64,000 bases of DNA from Takakia lepidozioides (lineage: Eukaryota; Plantae; Bryophyta), in contig CM060732.1 in the NCBI GenBank assembly GCA_030704615.1, positions 78,182,001 to 78,246,000 of the forward strand, written 5' to 3'. This document shows, piece after piece, positions 38,001 to 50,664 of this stretch. Every line of letters begins with the position of its first letter. Position 1 is the first letter of the stretch. The notes under the pieces are model-generated. The model worked only from the letters and a program-made list of their open reading frames with translations. It was not told the origin of the DNA and searched no databases. Made by a program: the position numbers and the translations under genes.

Positions 38001-41000
38001 CCGGTCGTGTTTGGAAGAAAATTCCAGACTCTTGGATTTTGTGGCCAAATGAACATGGCATATAGTTGAAAGCAATTGGAGACCCGAGCATACAAACAGG
38101 TCTTTAAACCATCTCAGTAGTTTGTACCCAGTAAGACTTACTAGGCAGCAGCTCATGGAACTTCGTGTTAAGCAGACGAGGGAAAACAGGGAATCTTGCA
38201 ACTAAGCTGCATTTTCACAACTGGTCCTACACCCAATCAGTTGTATGCAACTATATCCGCTCTCTTGATCTGCAGCACATGTTTCTCTGGGATCCCTCAA
38301 GAACACGGAGGTGTTTTTATAGGAAGACGGGAGATTGTGCACAGATTGCGTTGCAGTATCCATCTAAAGGCAACCTGATTTGTTGAGATGTAACCTCCAA
38401 CGTCTCTATACACTGTAAAGAGAGGAGGCGACAGAGGACAACATTGCTTCACCCTACACTGCTTCAACGAACACTCCTGTCACAATTTGAGTTTCTTATA
38501 TTAATGAAACTTAAGTTCCAAAGGTACTGTGACAAACTTCTTACATAGTGAGACGTATCCTCTAATTATCACGTCTAGGAGACTGGCGTCTCATATCCTC
38601 TAATTATCACCCCCTCATGTCTAAGAGAGTGGGTACACTCACTTCCAAGGTGGAGAAACGTTCGTATGCCAGTACTTGGAACAATATAGAACAAACCGAT
38701 TGTGCATACCACACAAGTTGAGGTGAAGGACAGGACAGTGTGTACGATGCTCTAAAAAAGATGGGTCCTAAGCACGAAAGAGATGTCTTACCTTTCTTTC
38801 AGAGTCTCATGTACAGGTACCACACTAGAAAGCACGGAAGCAACATTCAGGTCTGTGCATTCAAATGTTGATCATTACTTCAAAGTCGCCACTCATTTTG
38901 TGCAGCGCACATCCCATCCTTTCCACAGTGTCGCGAGTTCCCAAACTTGGAGCAAGAAGGTGCTAGACAAAAGCCCATCGAGTTAGTAAACAATCATACT
39001 CCTAAGGAACATTTGGACTGGAGCTTCTTTTTGCTCCTGCAGCTAGTACTGTTTAGTTCTATCAGTGATTCCATGAACCAAGGCCAGCATGTTAAGGTTA
39101 ATACCTCTAGGGATGATTGATGCCATTACAATTTTCAAGTTATGGATCGTTGGCACTAGTTGTGCATTATGGCTGTATGGGTTTTCGTTACACCATTCTT
39201 TACTAGCACCAGCAGCAACGTACCCACTGTAATATAGTACCATGACAGTCACAATTTTGAACGCAAATGATGTTCAATTCCTTTTCATCTCACTGACTGG
39301 CACAATCCCCTGTCGAACCGAGGACCCATACACTTGAGATGAATCCTCGTCACATGGATGGCATGGATAAAGTACTTACAGCCAACAGTTTAGAGAGTGA
39401 AGGGCGGCGTACAGTAGTGCTAAATCGCTCGTGCTCTGCTCTCACCTGCCATCCACTTGACCTGCCCATGGAAAGTGTGTACATTCGAGGACATTGTAGA
39501 TTCTCAACCCTTCCGAGCTGACGGGCAATTTGGATGTACAGATCATGCAGCTCCCACCCTGGCAACGCTGGATTCAATGGTGGAACCTCCTGCTGCCACA
39601 TACGAACTTACCCACCCGTTACTAAGGTAGGTCCTAGACTACTGCCTGGAAATCCGAAATCCGTGGAGCTTGCTGCGTGTGGTAGCGTTGTTCTGTTTTT
39701 GCTGACATTGGCCTAGTCTCCGTACCATCACTATGCTACAATCCTCGCCAAGGACTTCCACGTCGCTTGTGGTAAGGCCCTTCTAGGGTACATTTCCCTT
39801 TCATTTCACTTGCCAGGAAAGACCCAACACCCAAAACATGCATGCACATATATTCTAAGATGTGATTTGTGTAAGGGTCTTCACTAGCTTCCGTAGCTAC
39901 AAACCTCTACTTAGGTGTGCCATAGAGCTGGGCCTTCTAAGTTTGGGTGGTGCAACATTTTCATTAACTTATTACTGCTCTCAACCAGGATGTTGGTCGG
40001 CTGCCCTCACAAAGAAATTATATGGTTGTACCAATGATTAGTAATCAGGCTCAGACTTAACAGGAGTGTGAGTCGTGGATCCAACACACTGCTATCTTGA
40101 ATCCATGAATCTGCATGCTCATTTCAATGTATGCTAACAGAGGGTAGATGGGTGGCCAGCAACTGCAAAGCTCGCAGAGGAAGAAGCTGCAAGCACGCTC
40201 TCCCGAGGCTCTCCCACAACGAGCCACGGTCGGATGATTCAGGGATTCATGTACAGCCACCAGGCTAGGTCAATTCATCCCTGCACAAAATCTTCTCTAG
40301 AGCAGATATGGTTCTCTTGTACCTTGGACTAGATCTAGAGCCCATCTATAGATGTCAAGTTCTTAGCCCGTCAGGTGCGTGCGTCAACAGTGGATCATGA
40401 GTCATAACAGGTCTTATCAAATGTGGAAGAAAGCTTCGAGCTTCCCGCAGGATTGGTTCATCTTCTTGTATACTAATGTCCAGAACGAACAGTTGCGAGG
40501 ACATGTGCAGTTCTGGGTATATCATGTATCTGGAAAAACAGTACAACTCTCCACGGACAACATCTTGTCAAATGTTCTTGGCACCCGGCAAAGAATTCGG
40601 ATTCAACTAGTTAGTGTTGATTTCATTTCGATGCGTTTGGCTGACGATGTCATCGCAGAAAATAATACCTGTGTGTGATTGCAATGATCTTCTAGGGTAC
40701 AATAAACCTCTGGGGCGCCGATTTGGGGCTGAAGTAGGAGGCCTCGTGTGTCGGTGGAGGTCGATACGGCGCAGGTCACCTCTCTTGTCGTGGGGAACCT
40801 GCTCACTAAGGAATGGAAGGAGTTGCCTCATACTATCTTGAATTCGAAGGCCCGAAGGCTCAAAATTAACAGGGTCCAGTTCAATGGATGCCAGGACCAA
40901 GACATACAAGATAACTATTGCTTGGAACATATAGCGTATCTGCAGGACCTCATTTACGAGCTCTTGCAGACCATGGAGCTGTATGATGCAGGATTGGATT

Positions 41001-42764
41001 AGTGGGAAAAAGCTTTCAAGGTTGCCGTATGGCGATGCTTGCTTTGATGAGTTCCGTTCTCTCCTGGGATCAGCAAAGAATGTTCTCTCTCTGTTTTCTT
41101 TCATAGCAGATACAGCATATGTACAACATGGAACAAGATGTCTGGAGTGAGGTCATTTCTTTTGGTCCGACAAATTCGAAATTCGATATGAACTGGTATG
41201 CATCACTTGTTCAACTTGTATGAGGGCTGCCTGCTACTACTGATCGGAATTGACAGGGAAGGCTTTGATTTCCTTGAGTTAAATCCTGAGCAGAACCAAA
41301 CAGTGGACCGTGCCATTGTCCTCGATTCCGCGTCACATCGGCTACACATTTTAGGAGCTTAAAGATTGTGTGGCGTCTGAGGGAAACTGTGCGTGGGAGG
41401 CAAATCCAAATGGACAGTTTCTGATTGTGGTAGTAAGCTTCATGTGCACGCCTCTTATCAGACAGTAAGAACACAGTAAGAGACTGGTCTAAAACACTTA
41501 CAGAACTCCATGTAATCATTGAACAGAACTTGTTCACGCAGCACTGGGTCCCACGAGGCGCTGAGATGGAATCACCACATTTCAAGTTCCTTTTGAAAGA
41601 GGCAAACGGAGGACGAAGGCAAGTTCCTTCCAGAGACGGGACCCAAGGTGGCAATGCGCATGCAGCCAGACGGTGATATTGACATTTGCAATTTACTAGA
41701 CCCATATCAAGGTCGAAATGAAAGATTGAACAAAAGAACAGACAACAGCAAACAAAACAGACGGAGTCGATCATGATAGAAATGATGTTTGGAAATATGG
41801 GGAGAGATGATCATCTTTCACTTGAGAATTCAACCCTGGCACAAAGTTTGGAGCATGCTTCTGATCTGGTGTAGACCTGAGTTTGACCTCAGCCCATTGG
41901 AAGGAAACTAGGTCGAATTAAAGAGAACTCGGGACTCCATACATGGTGGGCAGCCCTGGATGTTGTCCATCGAAGGGAGAGTGGGGGGACCATGTCCAGG
42001 TTCGCTGTAACATGTCGTAGGTCTACTCGCCGAGGTATTGTATTTCACTATTCATCATGTATTGTACTCTTGGTTTGCCAACTGCAAAGGTTGCAAAGCA
42101 GTTCAGAGTTCAGACGGTCATGGCACGTTGCTTGCAAGCACGCTCTTCACGACCGTGGAGCCCTATGGCTGATTGCACCACCACCCTGTAACTGCTCTCC
42201 GTTATTAATTACCCAGTCTCCCTTTCTCTTTCCTCGAGGGGCCGGGGTCGCAATCAAGAGGGACAGAAGGAAGATTCAAGAAAGGAGCTTCATAACGTCC
42301 GGGTAACGTCCACATCTAGAGAGATTGGCTACGCCTGCCTTGTCCCGCTCTTACTCGTTTTACTGCGGAGTGGGCTCTCAGTGGGCTTTGAGAGAAGAAA
42401 GAGGTGAGTGGGCATGCTTATCAATAGCAGATGTAGCTTTGCCTGCACCGGATTGAGCGCTGTGTCTGCTGCAGCCTCATAGTATTGTCCAGAGTAGCCG
42501 GTTGATTCCTCGATCATCGACCATCGATGACCGCTGCAGTTCCCTGGATTTGTGTTTGTGTGAGAGAAAGAGTTTTGGTAAGAGCCCACAAATCTCACTC
42601 GTCTTCCTAGGGGGCCTAGCATTGCCGGCACTGCAACCCAAATCCCCGGGGAGACTTGGAGCGAATACGAGAAGGTGAACTGTCAATCATCGAAGACTGC
42701 TGCAGGAATTGGCAATTGGTGATTTGTCAAACGCCTTTTGCTGCCAGAAACAACTCTTGACGAC

Positions 42765-43064
42765 ATGCAAAGATCACATAGCATGCATTTGAATGTCTCC
42801 CCGGAGGACTTGCTTCTGCCGCCCACATCTCCTAATCCCATCACGCCGCCGATAGAAAACGGCGTGACCATACAGAGAAGCTCGAGCATGGTGATCATGG
42901 ATGTTGAGCCACGCATGTCGACACAACAAGAGCTCAAGGAAAGGAAAGAACCTGTGCCTTCTGGTCGGCCAGAATGTTGCATGCACGTCGTACCCATCGT
43001 GTGTTTCTTATGCTTCTTCATCCTGTGGTTAGGAGCCTCCAGTAGTTCCTTCACCATGGCTTGA
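42765..43064 (+). CDS. Small uncharacterised plant protein with C-terminal transmembrane helix (99 aa)
   Basis: Disordered Ser/Pro N-terminus followed by RPECCMHVVPIVCFLCFFILWLG. This matches the E..(I/V)H.(I/V)P....C..ILW motif of a known family of small uncharacterised land-plant TM proteins (recalled, not searched). Confidence 0.65.
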   Translation: MQRSHSMHLNVSPEDLLLPPTSPNPITPPIENGVTIQRSSSMVIMDVEPRMSTQQELKERKEPVPSGRPECCMHVVPIVCFLCFFILWLGASSSSFTMA

Positions 43065-44660
43065 TGCATTTGCTTTGCATGATCATTGAGGGCCCCCTAG
43101 TACTTCCATTCACTCAGGCTAGAGTTTCCAGTGCTCCTTGCAACAGGAGGCTCTCCCTGCAGGCACAATATCATGTGCTCAGAAGCTTCAGTACAGCATC
43201 CTCATATGGAGCCGCTTGAGGGATGATTAGAAGTAGATCTTCTTATGACATTGCTCATTGAACTACATATAAGTATGGTGCCAGGCTAATGGATTTCAAT
43301 TCCAACAGCCCTCACACACTTTGTGATCAGTAAAGACCCATGCAACGGTGATAAGAGTGCCGCAGCTAGTGGATAGTGCTGGTTGAGATTCTTTGTGGCA
43401 TCACAATGCATTGTCAGAAGGCTCAACTCCCACAGTTGTCTCCAAGCCCTTCCCCCCCTCCCCCAACAATTTCAGGATCTTAACTTGTCTATCTCTCCTC
43501 CCAGTCCTGCATGTCTCTGTGTCTTGGTGCAAGTGGTCCGGCACAGACTCAAAGACTAGTGACAAAACAAATAGTTTCAGGTCATCAAGGCAGAAACTGG
43601 CAATAGTTTTTTGCAGGATCCGTCTAGAGCTTCAAAGTGAGTTGAAAGGCTGTGAATAGGGGGGGAATAAATAAAGGTTTACTCTTGCCAACACAAGCAT
43701 GAATTATGGTGTCACTTCACCTCAAACCTGCCAAGTACCTCCCAGTGATCCCCAGGTACTCACACAATCTGCATGAAACATCCAATAGACTCTTGGCATT
43801 ATCTATCAAAGCTTTATGTCTAACTGTCTGATCTCTAATGGCAGCAAAGCAGAACAGAACATACCATTTTACTAGCAAATATGTGAGACAGTCATCCTCG
43901 GCACTTCTGAGCTCGATTTTGCAACAAAACTTCCACCAGAAGGGGAGACTTTACAAGGCAGAGCCTGTCCTGACTAATTCTCATGGATGTCAGGAAGCAG
44001 ATGTCTGCATCAAACTTCCAATATCTATCCTTCAATAGTGGTGAGTACAATTTTTTGCATCACAGGTGCAAGGCACTATGCTGGGATACTGGCTGCAACT
44101 TAATGAGGTCAGATCAGATCAGTTATGACCACAGACCTAGAGATCCATCTGTTTCCAGCCTTTCTCTGGAGGGAATCTTATTGCAATATAATCAGTCAAC
44201 AGACGGGTCCAAATATAGAAGTCGAATATGGGGATTGAATCATGCATACTGACATGAAGCCTCACAACTCCGTTGTTGTAACTAGACTCCTTGTAACTTC
44301 ACTAGTGGATCTCACCTGGACCTGTATGTACTCATGTATGAGAGCCCCTTCTCCTTCAAGGGCCAGCTTATGAGGTTTACCTGGTTAACAATAATAGTTG
44401 CAGAGGGCTTCACAGCGTTTGGACTTTAGACCCCTCTGTTGGACAAATGAATTCGCTCGATGGTCCAGTAGGGGGTGATCTTCTTTGGAAAATGCAGCAT
44501 TTTCACAAAATCCACCACATTGCGAAAACCATGTGCCCCTTGATATCTGTGTGATACTTCTGTAACAATGTGTATTATAAAGGTTCGCCAATGAGTAGAG
44601 GCCCAAGAAGATTCTGTCGAAGGCATGTGTTGGTTTACGGGAAAGAAGAACCTGAGAGAT

Positions 44661-47600
44661 CTACATCATTGTCTTCTTGCCCACAGAAATAGGGATGCGA
44701 ACAGTGTGCCCGAGACTTCCTTTGAAAATCAGCGCCCCAAACGAAACCTCAGGACTACTAGCAGTGGCCTTCAACGTCACTGTAACTATTTGTGACTCAC
44801 CACTTGCAATGTTGAAAGAGGATGGAGTCACAGTACCAGTGACGCCCAATGGCTGATTGACGGAGGCTGTGTATGTCTCTGATCCTGCTACATTTGTCAC
44901 AGTCCTTGGAACACTACAGGAACCTATCAAATTTGCAAGAGTGATAGATGGAGTGTTAAGGTCTGAGGGCTGGCCATTGGCCGACCCGCAAGTGGCACCT
45001 GTGGCTGTGAGAACTTGAGATATAGTTACTCCAGGAACGGAGCAAAGAAAGTGGACGTAGTCTGCAAAGCCTGCTCAATCATCAATCAGTTTGGGAAAAA
45101 TGAGCCCGTGTTATAGTAAGTGACACATGAGAAGAAGAAGCGGAAATTTACTGCAACCATGGGAGGAACAGAGGGCCCATGGAACACAGTAACAGCAATG
45201 GCAGAAGATAGAATTAACATGACCCACAGTCAGGAGGTTTCTCTAGCATATTTCAAGGTATTCGTGAACAAGTTGAAACTTCAATGCTGGCATGGGAATG
45301 CAAAAAGAGAAGAGTTTGGAGCTGACCTGCATCAAAGACTAGGCCAGGATCCAGGGCAGCAGCTGTATTGACAGAGCCCCCTCCAAAGTCAAAGGGTGTA
45401 GCTGCTAAGACTCCAATTGGGCTACCGACTGACGCATTCTGGACTACCAGAGGGTTCCCATTTTTGTCAGCAACAGATGCAGTGGTCACTAAGGCGGAGG
45501 CTATTGATGCTGGGCTCCATGTTGGGTACTTTTCCTTCACCAGCACAGCTATGCCTGCTATGTGTGGTGTTGCCATGCTCGTGCCACTTACCATGGCAAA
45601 ATTTTGCCCTGCATACAAAAAGAAGATGATCATTCCTTTCTGTACACATTTGCATCTTTTTCTACCCATATTCTACCGCCTTTCCCTACAGAGAAGATCA
45701 TCCAGTGATCATATCACCAGAAGACTCTTCACAGCCTTGCACTCAACACCCTGCTCCAGAGCAGAGAGTGGATGGACAGAGGAGGAAAGGTACCATTGTA
45801 TTCCTGGGAATCAACACCAATAGAACTCCAAGCTGCCCAGATCAGATACCCAGGGGCCATGATGTCGGGCTTCAGCACATCAGCTGGCATTCTGGTGTCA
45901 TTATTCACGTCAGGTCCGCGAGAGGAGAAGGCTGCCACCATTGGGGGATTCCCACTGTAAACCGCTTGCTGACCACCACTAATTCTTCCCTGACCTCCAA
46001 AGCTAGTGACATAGCCTGCAGCATTTCTTGTTACTGATGCATTGTAGTACTGTAGCAACATCTGGACAGCATCACACGGAGAGAGGGCTTGACAACTCAG
46101 TAAGATGGAACTTTTTCACCTGGACTTGCATACAGACTGAAGTCAAATTGAAGAAAACAATAGAGGTCATAATTCTCTAACAGGAACAGTAAGGCACTAG
46201 ACGTTGTCCCGGTAATTGCCACGTCCCTTCAAAGGAAGAGTAAAACTCTGCATACATGACCCAGCTTGATGTGATGACCATATGAACTATCACTGACACT
46301 GTCTGGAGGGCGAATGTCCAGCTTGCAAAATTAGAAGGAGCATCTTTTGTAATTGCCAAGCATCTCAACTTGCATATTCCTCTAGTAAACAATCCAAATT
46401 TCTGAAGTCACAGGGAGAGAAAGTGAGGGCACCGTAGCATCTTGAAAGGAGGGGATGATGATTCCAGGCAAAGGACCCAATGGAACAGGATCAATACGCA
46501 AATTGTCCGCTTCATACTTGATAGCCAATATGAAGCCCACAGCACCGAGATCCTTCGCTGTGGTCGCTGTTTGCGCCAATGTTGCCGTTCCAAACATGAA
46601 AAAATCAGGGTCGTAGATGCAAATCAAGATCTTCCCTTCGATGAGTGCTGGCTCAAAGTCACTGGAATTCTGGCACATGTCAATGTCAGAGCTGAAGCTG
46701 TTAGCTCCTGCAGTCTTTGAGTGCACATCACTGGAAAGAACCAAGTTGTAGAGCTCTTTTCCAGCAGTTGGAGCTGCAGCCACAACAGATCAAACTTCAA
46801 TTTTCCCGTGTGTTTATGTGACAATTGCCTTGGTTGAATTTCTTCAGTGTGTTCCATGGGGAAGTCAAATTGCAAGCACAAGATAGTAGTAGCCTTTGGC
46901 TTTCCCCAGAAGAACATGATCTGTGTACTAAAGGGAAAATCTTATGTCTTGGGATGTACACTGGGGATGTTATGTCTTCACATAGCCTCTGAGGCCAACA
47001 TAAGTTAGCTATCAAAATCTGAAATTGTTCTAACCTTGCGTATCAGACCATCCAGTTACTTTTTATGCTTGAGTTTGCTCAGATAAATTTGGTCCCAATC
47101 TAAGGAAACACTCTCAAAACTGTGGCAAAATGTTGGACAGACCTTCACGTGCCCCTTTATGTCAGTACAGATCTAATGGTAATGATGGATCGATGGTGAT
47201 ACTCACGTGAGAGCCCAATTCCAGATATCTGCTGGTTGTTTCCCAGAGAGACAGAGTTGGGATAAGTTCGATCATGGATGCTGGCCGCCACTGAGGTGAT
47301 CCAAGGGCTGAAAGACAGCATAGAAGATGGAAAGGGCCCCAGATTTCCAGCGGCCTGTGTCACGAAAGTTCCAGCTTTTACAGCCGAGAGTAGAGCGACT
47401 TCAAATGCATTGAGAAAAGTGGCCATGTTTTCTGGAGGTCCGTTGGGGCCAAGAGAGAGGCTGAGAACATCAACTCCATCTTGGGCTGCCTGTGTTCATA
47501 CGACCCATATTAGTAGGCGCCACACAATATTAGTAGGCTAGTTAGAAAGTGGAAGCATCAACTTACAGAAAATACCCTCATCTTTTCCAGACATGATATT

Positions 47601-50600
47601 TCAAAGTAAAAGAGCTTCAGATATGTCAAAGATCAGGATGTTAACCTGATCAATGGCTGCGACCACATCAGCAGAAAATCCTCCCAAATTTCTGTAAAGA
47701 GCTTTGTACACTGCAATCCTGAAAGCCCAACACATGTATAAGAAAATGATTACTACTCAATATTTATCCCACAGTTTCTTTGTTGTCTGATTTACTAGAA
47801 AATTCCATTTCCTTTCCTTCCTCCTGCACAAAGGGAACAACAGAAGAAAGAAAAAGAAAGGGCCCATTGGAGACAGTGGGTACAGAAACCAAATAACCGA
47901 TCGAAGTTCCCATGCTGTGCAAACTTAACGACTCTGCCAAGGACAGGTAGTCTCTGGACACAGTAGAACAACACAGGAAAACCAGGAGAGAGAAAGACAG
48001 AGAAAGAAATGAACTTATACTTTATAATGTCTGCTCAAAGCTCAAAGAACTTTATAACATCCATGAGGGCCCAAAGGACAAAGTAGAACAACAAGAAACC
48101 ACTTTAAATTTCCAACAAAGACAACGGATGCACTCGGACATTAAGAGAGAGAGAGAGGTTGAAAGGACCAAAGAAATGTATTACATCCTAAGGAAGCCCA
48201 AACGACCCAAAGGACACCGAATTGGGCAGAACCATGGAACTACATTGGCACAGTGATAAACTATTCAAGAGAGGATTGTACTTTGCTTGCCACATCCTTG
48301 TGGACATTGACCCCACACCTGGTTTGAGTGAAACTCCAGAAAGAGCACAAGGAAAAGAGAAACTTTATAACTTCCACGGAAACTCAAGAACTTTTAGGAC
48401 CAAAGAAAGCAGGATACAAGAGAAAAAACTGGGACCTTAACAAGGTGCCCAAAAACAACTATTCATCAAGAGATTCTCTAAGGAAAGCCTCATGCAGATA
48501 TGTTGCCAAGAGAGAAAATGCACACATTAGAACTTTGCTTATCTAACCTTTGTGCCCATAAACCCATTGCCCAGTCTGTCCAAAGCAGGAAAGAGAGCTA
48601 GAGAGTGTGTATTGGGGGGCTGGATTATGTATGTCTGGAATGTCAATGTAGTATACCTAGCCCTCGGAGCCATGCCACTGGCATTACCGTAATTGATGCC
48701 GTCAACAATGACAGGCACGCCATGGTTTCCTGCTGCTGTGGATGCTGTGTGCCTGAGATTAGACACAATCAAATTACAGTCTGCATAAGATGAGGAAAAT
48801 TTAGGAGAGACCAGAGGGAGGGATGAACCTTGTGACATCTGGAAAGACAGGGAATTTGTGAGCCTGTGGTCATCCATTACCTGTCTACCCTGAGACAAGC
48901 AGGAGTAGAGACCATCTGAAAAGGGTCAACCCAGAGTCAATCTACCACCCATATGCAAGGTTCTAACCAACCCTATGTCTCATAGCTAAGGACCTGGGCT
49001 AACAGGAGATATACACTTTAATCTACACAAACTCCCAAGCGTGGACATTTAGGAAGGCTGAGCTTACGTGCCATGCCCGTCTCCATCAAGAGGAGAGGCA
49101 AAATGAAAAGACGCGTTGAATTGCCCTGACGAAATTGCAGCCTGAGCAAAATGTTGTGCACCAACAATCTTGCCATTGCAAGACCCCATCGGAAACTCGC
49201 TTGCAACTTCACACGTTCCAGTATAACTTGCTGGAGCTGCTCCATAGGGCTTTGTCCCTAGGTTAGAAAAACTGGAATGGGTTGGATCAATGCCTGTGTC
49301 CACAAACCCAACTGTGATGCCTTCACCCGCATTTTCAAAACCCCCTAGCTGGCACCATGCAATCTGGGGTAGCTCAAGGTAATCCGGAGTATGAGTTGTC
49401 ATGGTTTTCAGTAGACTGTCCTTTTCGAGATATGCAACTTCCGGAGCCTTCCTGAGAACCTCAGCCTACATAAAGTGTGGGTCAGTCCTTTGGGCTCTTC
49501 CATTAGTTGTTTTAAAGCCTAAACCCCAGAGGTCTACAACCAGGAAAGGAACCAAAGTGAACAGCAACTTCAAAACCGTGTTGACCAAACTTAGCAAATA
49601 GGTCTACAAGTGCAATTTTACATGAGAAAATGGGGATGCTGTTCGTAGGACTAGGTACATTTTTAAGTCTTCCAATCTGCACCCAATCGGCATGCGATAT
49701 TGGCTTTTTGAGGCCAAGGTTATTTACCAAGGATCATCATTTATACCTGCTGGGGGGAGATGTGGACAGCAAATCCATTGATGAGATGATGATAGCTGTA
49801 AAGCTTTCTGTATGTGCCTCTCTCAAAGAGATGCGCCAGCAGAGTATCCTGCGTCCTCACCAAATACTTCACATAATCTTTCACTGATTGCCTGGTCACA
49901 ATCCATCATTGCGTTAGTCACCTGAATCCAATGCTGGCAGGCAGCCTGGATGATATAATATACCAAATTATCTATAATTATGTCACTCAAGAATCATTCT
50001 GAGTCCATGATTGAAAACCTGGAGTTTCGTCTTGGATGTGTATATATCTACAAATTCTAACTCAAGCATGTGTTCAAAGAGAAGACTATACACAAGTGTG
50101 AAAGGTCGTCTGTCAATATCATGTCTGGACTCTGAACTGTTCCAGGAAGACAGTTTATTACGTACATTACGTCCAAGTGTTGTGCAGCATAGGTATTGAC
50201 AAGCAAAAGATTAGGGGTGTATACAGAAATCTGAACAATTCTAAACCGGTAACTACCTGTACACAGTAAAGGCCCGGAAAAATGAACCAGAGAGGCTCCA
50301 AGGACATGACTACAGGTAGATCATGAGTAGGTAATATGTTTTGGTTAGAAACTTTGGGCATTGGAGAGAGAGACACCGAGAGAGAGAGAGAGAGAGAACC
50401 AAACCTGGACACATCTACTTTGGCACCAAGGGCGGCCGCAGTTGCAGCAAAGGAGGGTAGAGAGCCATTGTAATGCACGACGGGAAGGTCCCCCCTCAAC
50501 ATCACCATGTACACGTGCAGTTTTGTACCAGCCTCTCCGTCAGCTCGCACCACAGTGTTGCAGTCATTCATAGCCAACAACAATACCGCTACAGCCCAGT

Positions 50601-50664
50601 GATGCAAAGGTGATGGCTGCATTGACCTCCGTGCCAGCACACATGCGCCACCACTTGGACCCAT
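44661..50664 (-). CDS. Subtilisin-like serine protease (S8A, SBT2 subfamily), copy B, 10 exons
   Basis: Exons ~50664-50405, 49891-49747, 49465-49068, 48752-48657, 47718-47646, 47489-47207, 46773-46433, 46061-45794, 45608-45327 and 45070-44661. Triad [29 protein letters not shown]. Same intron positions as copy A. Confidence 0.95.

Noticed and set aside
41211-41774. 187-aa - strand ORF
   Set aside because: No motif, and the composition looks non-coding.
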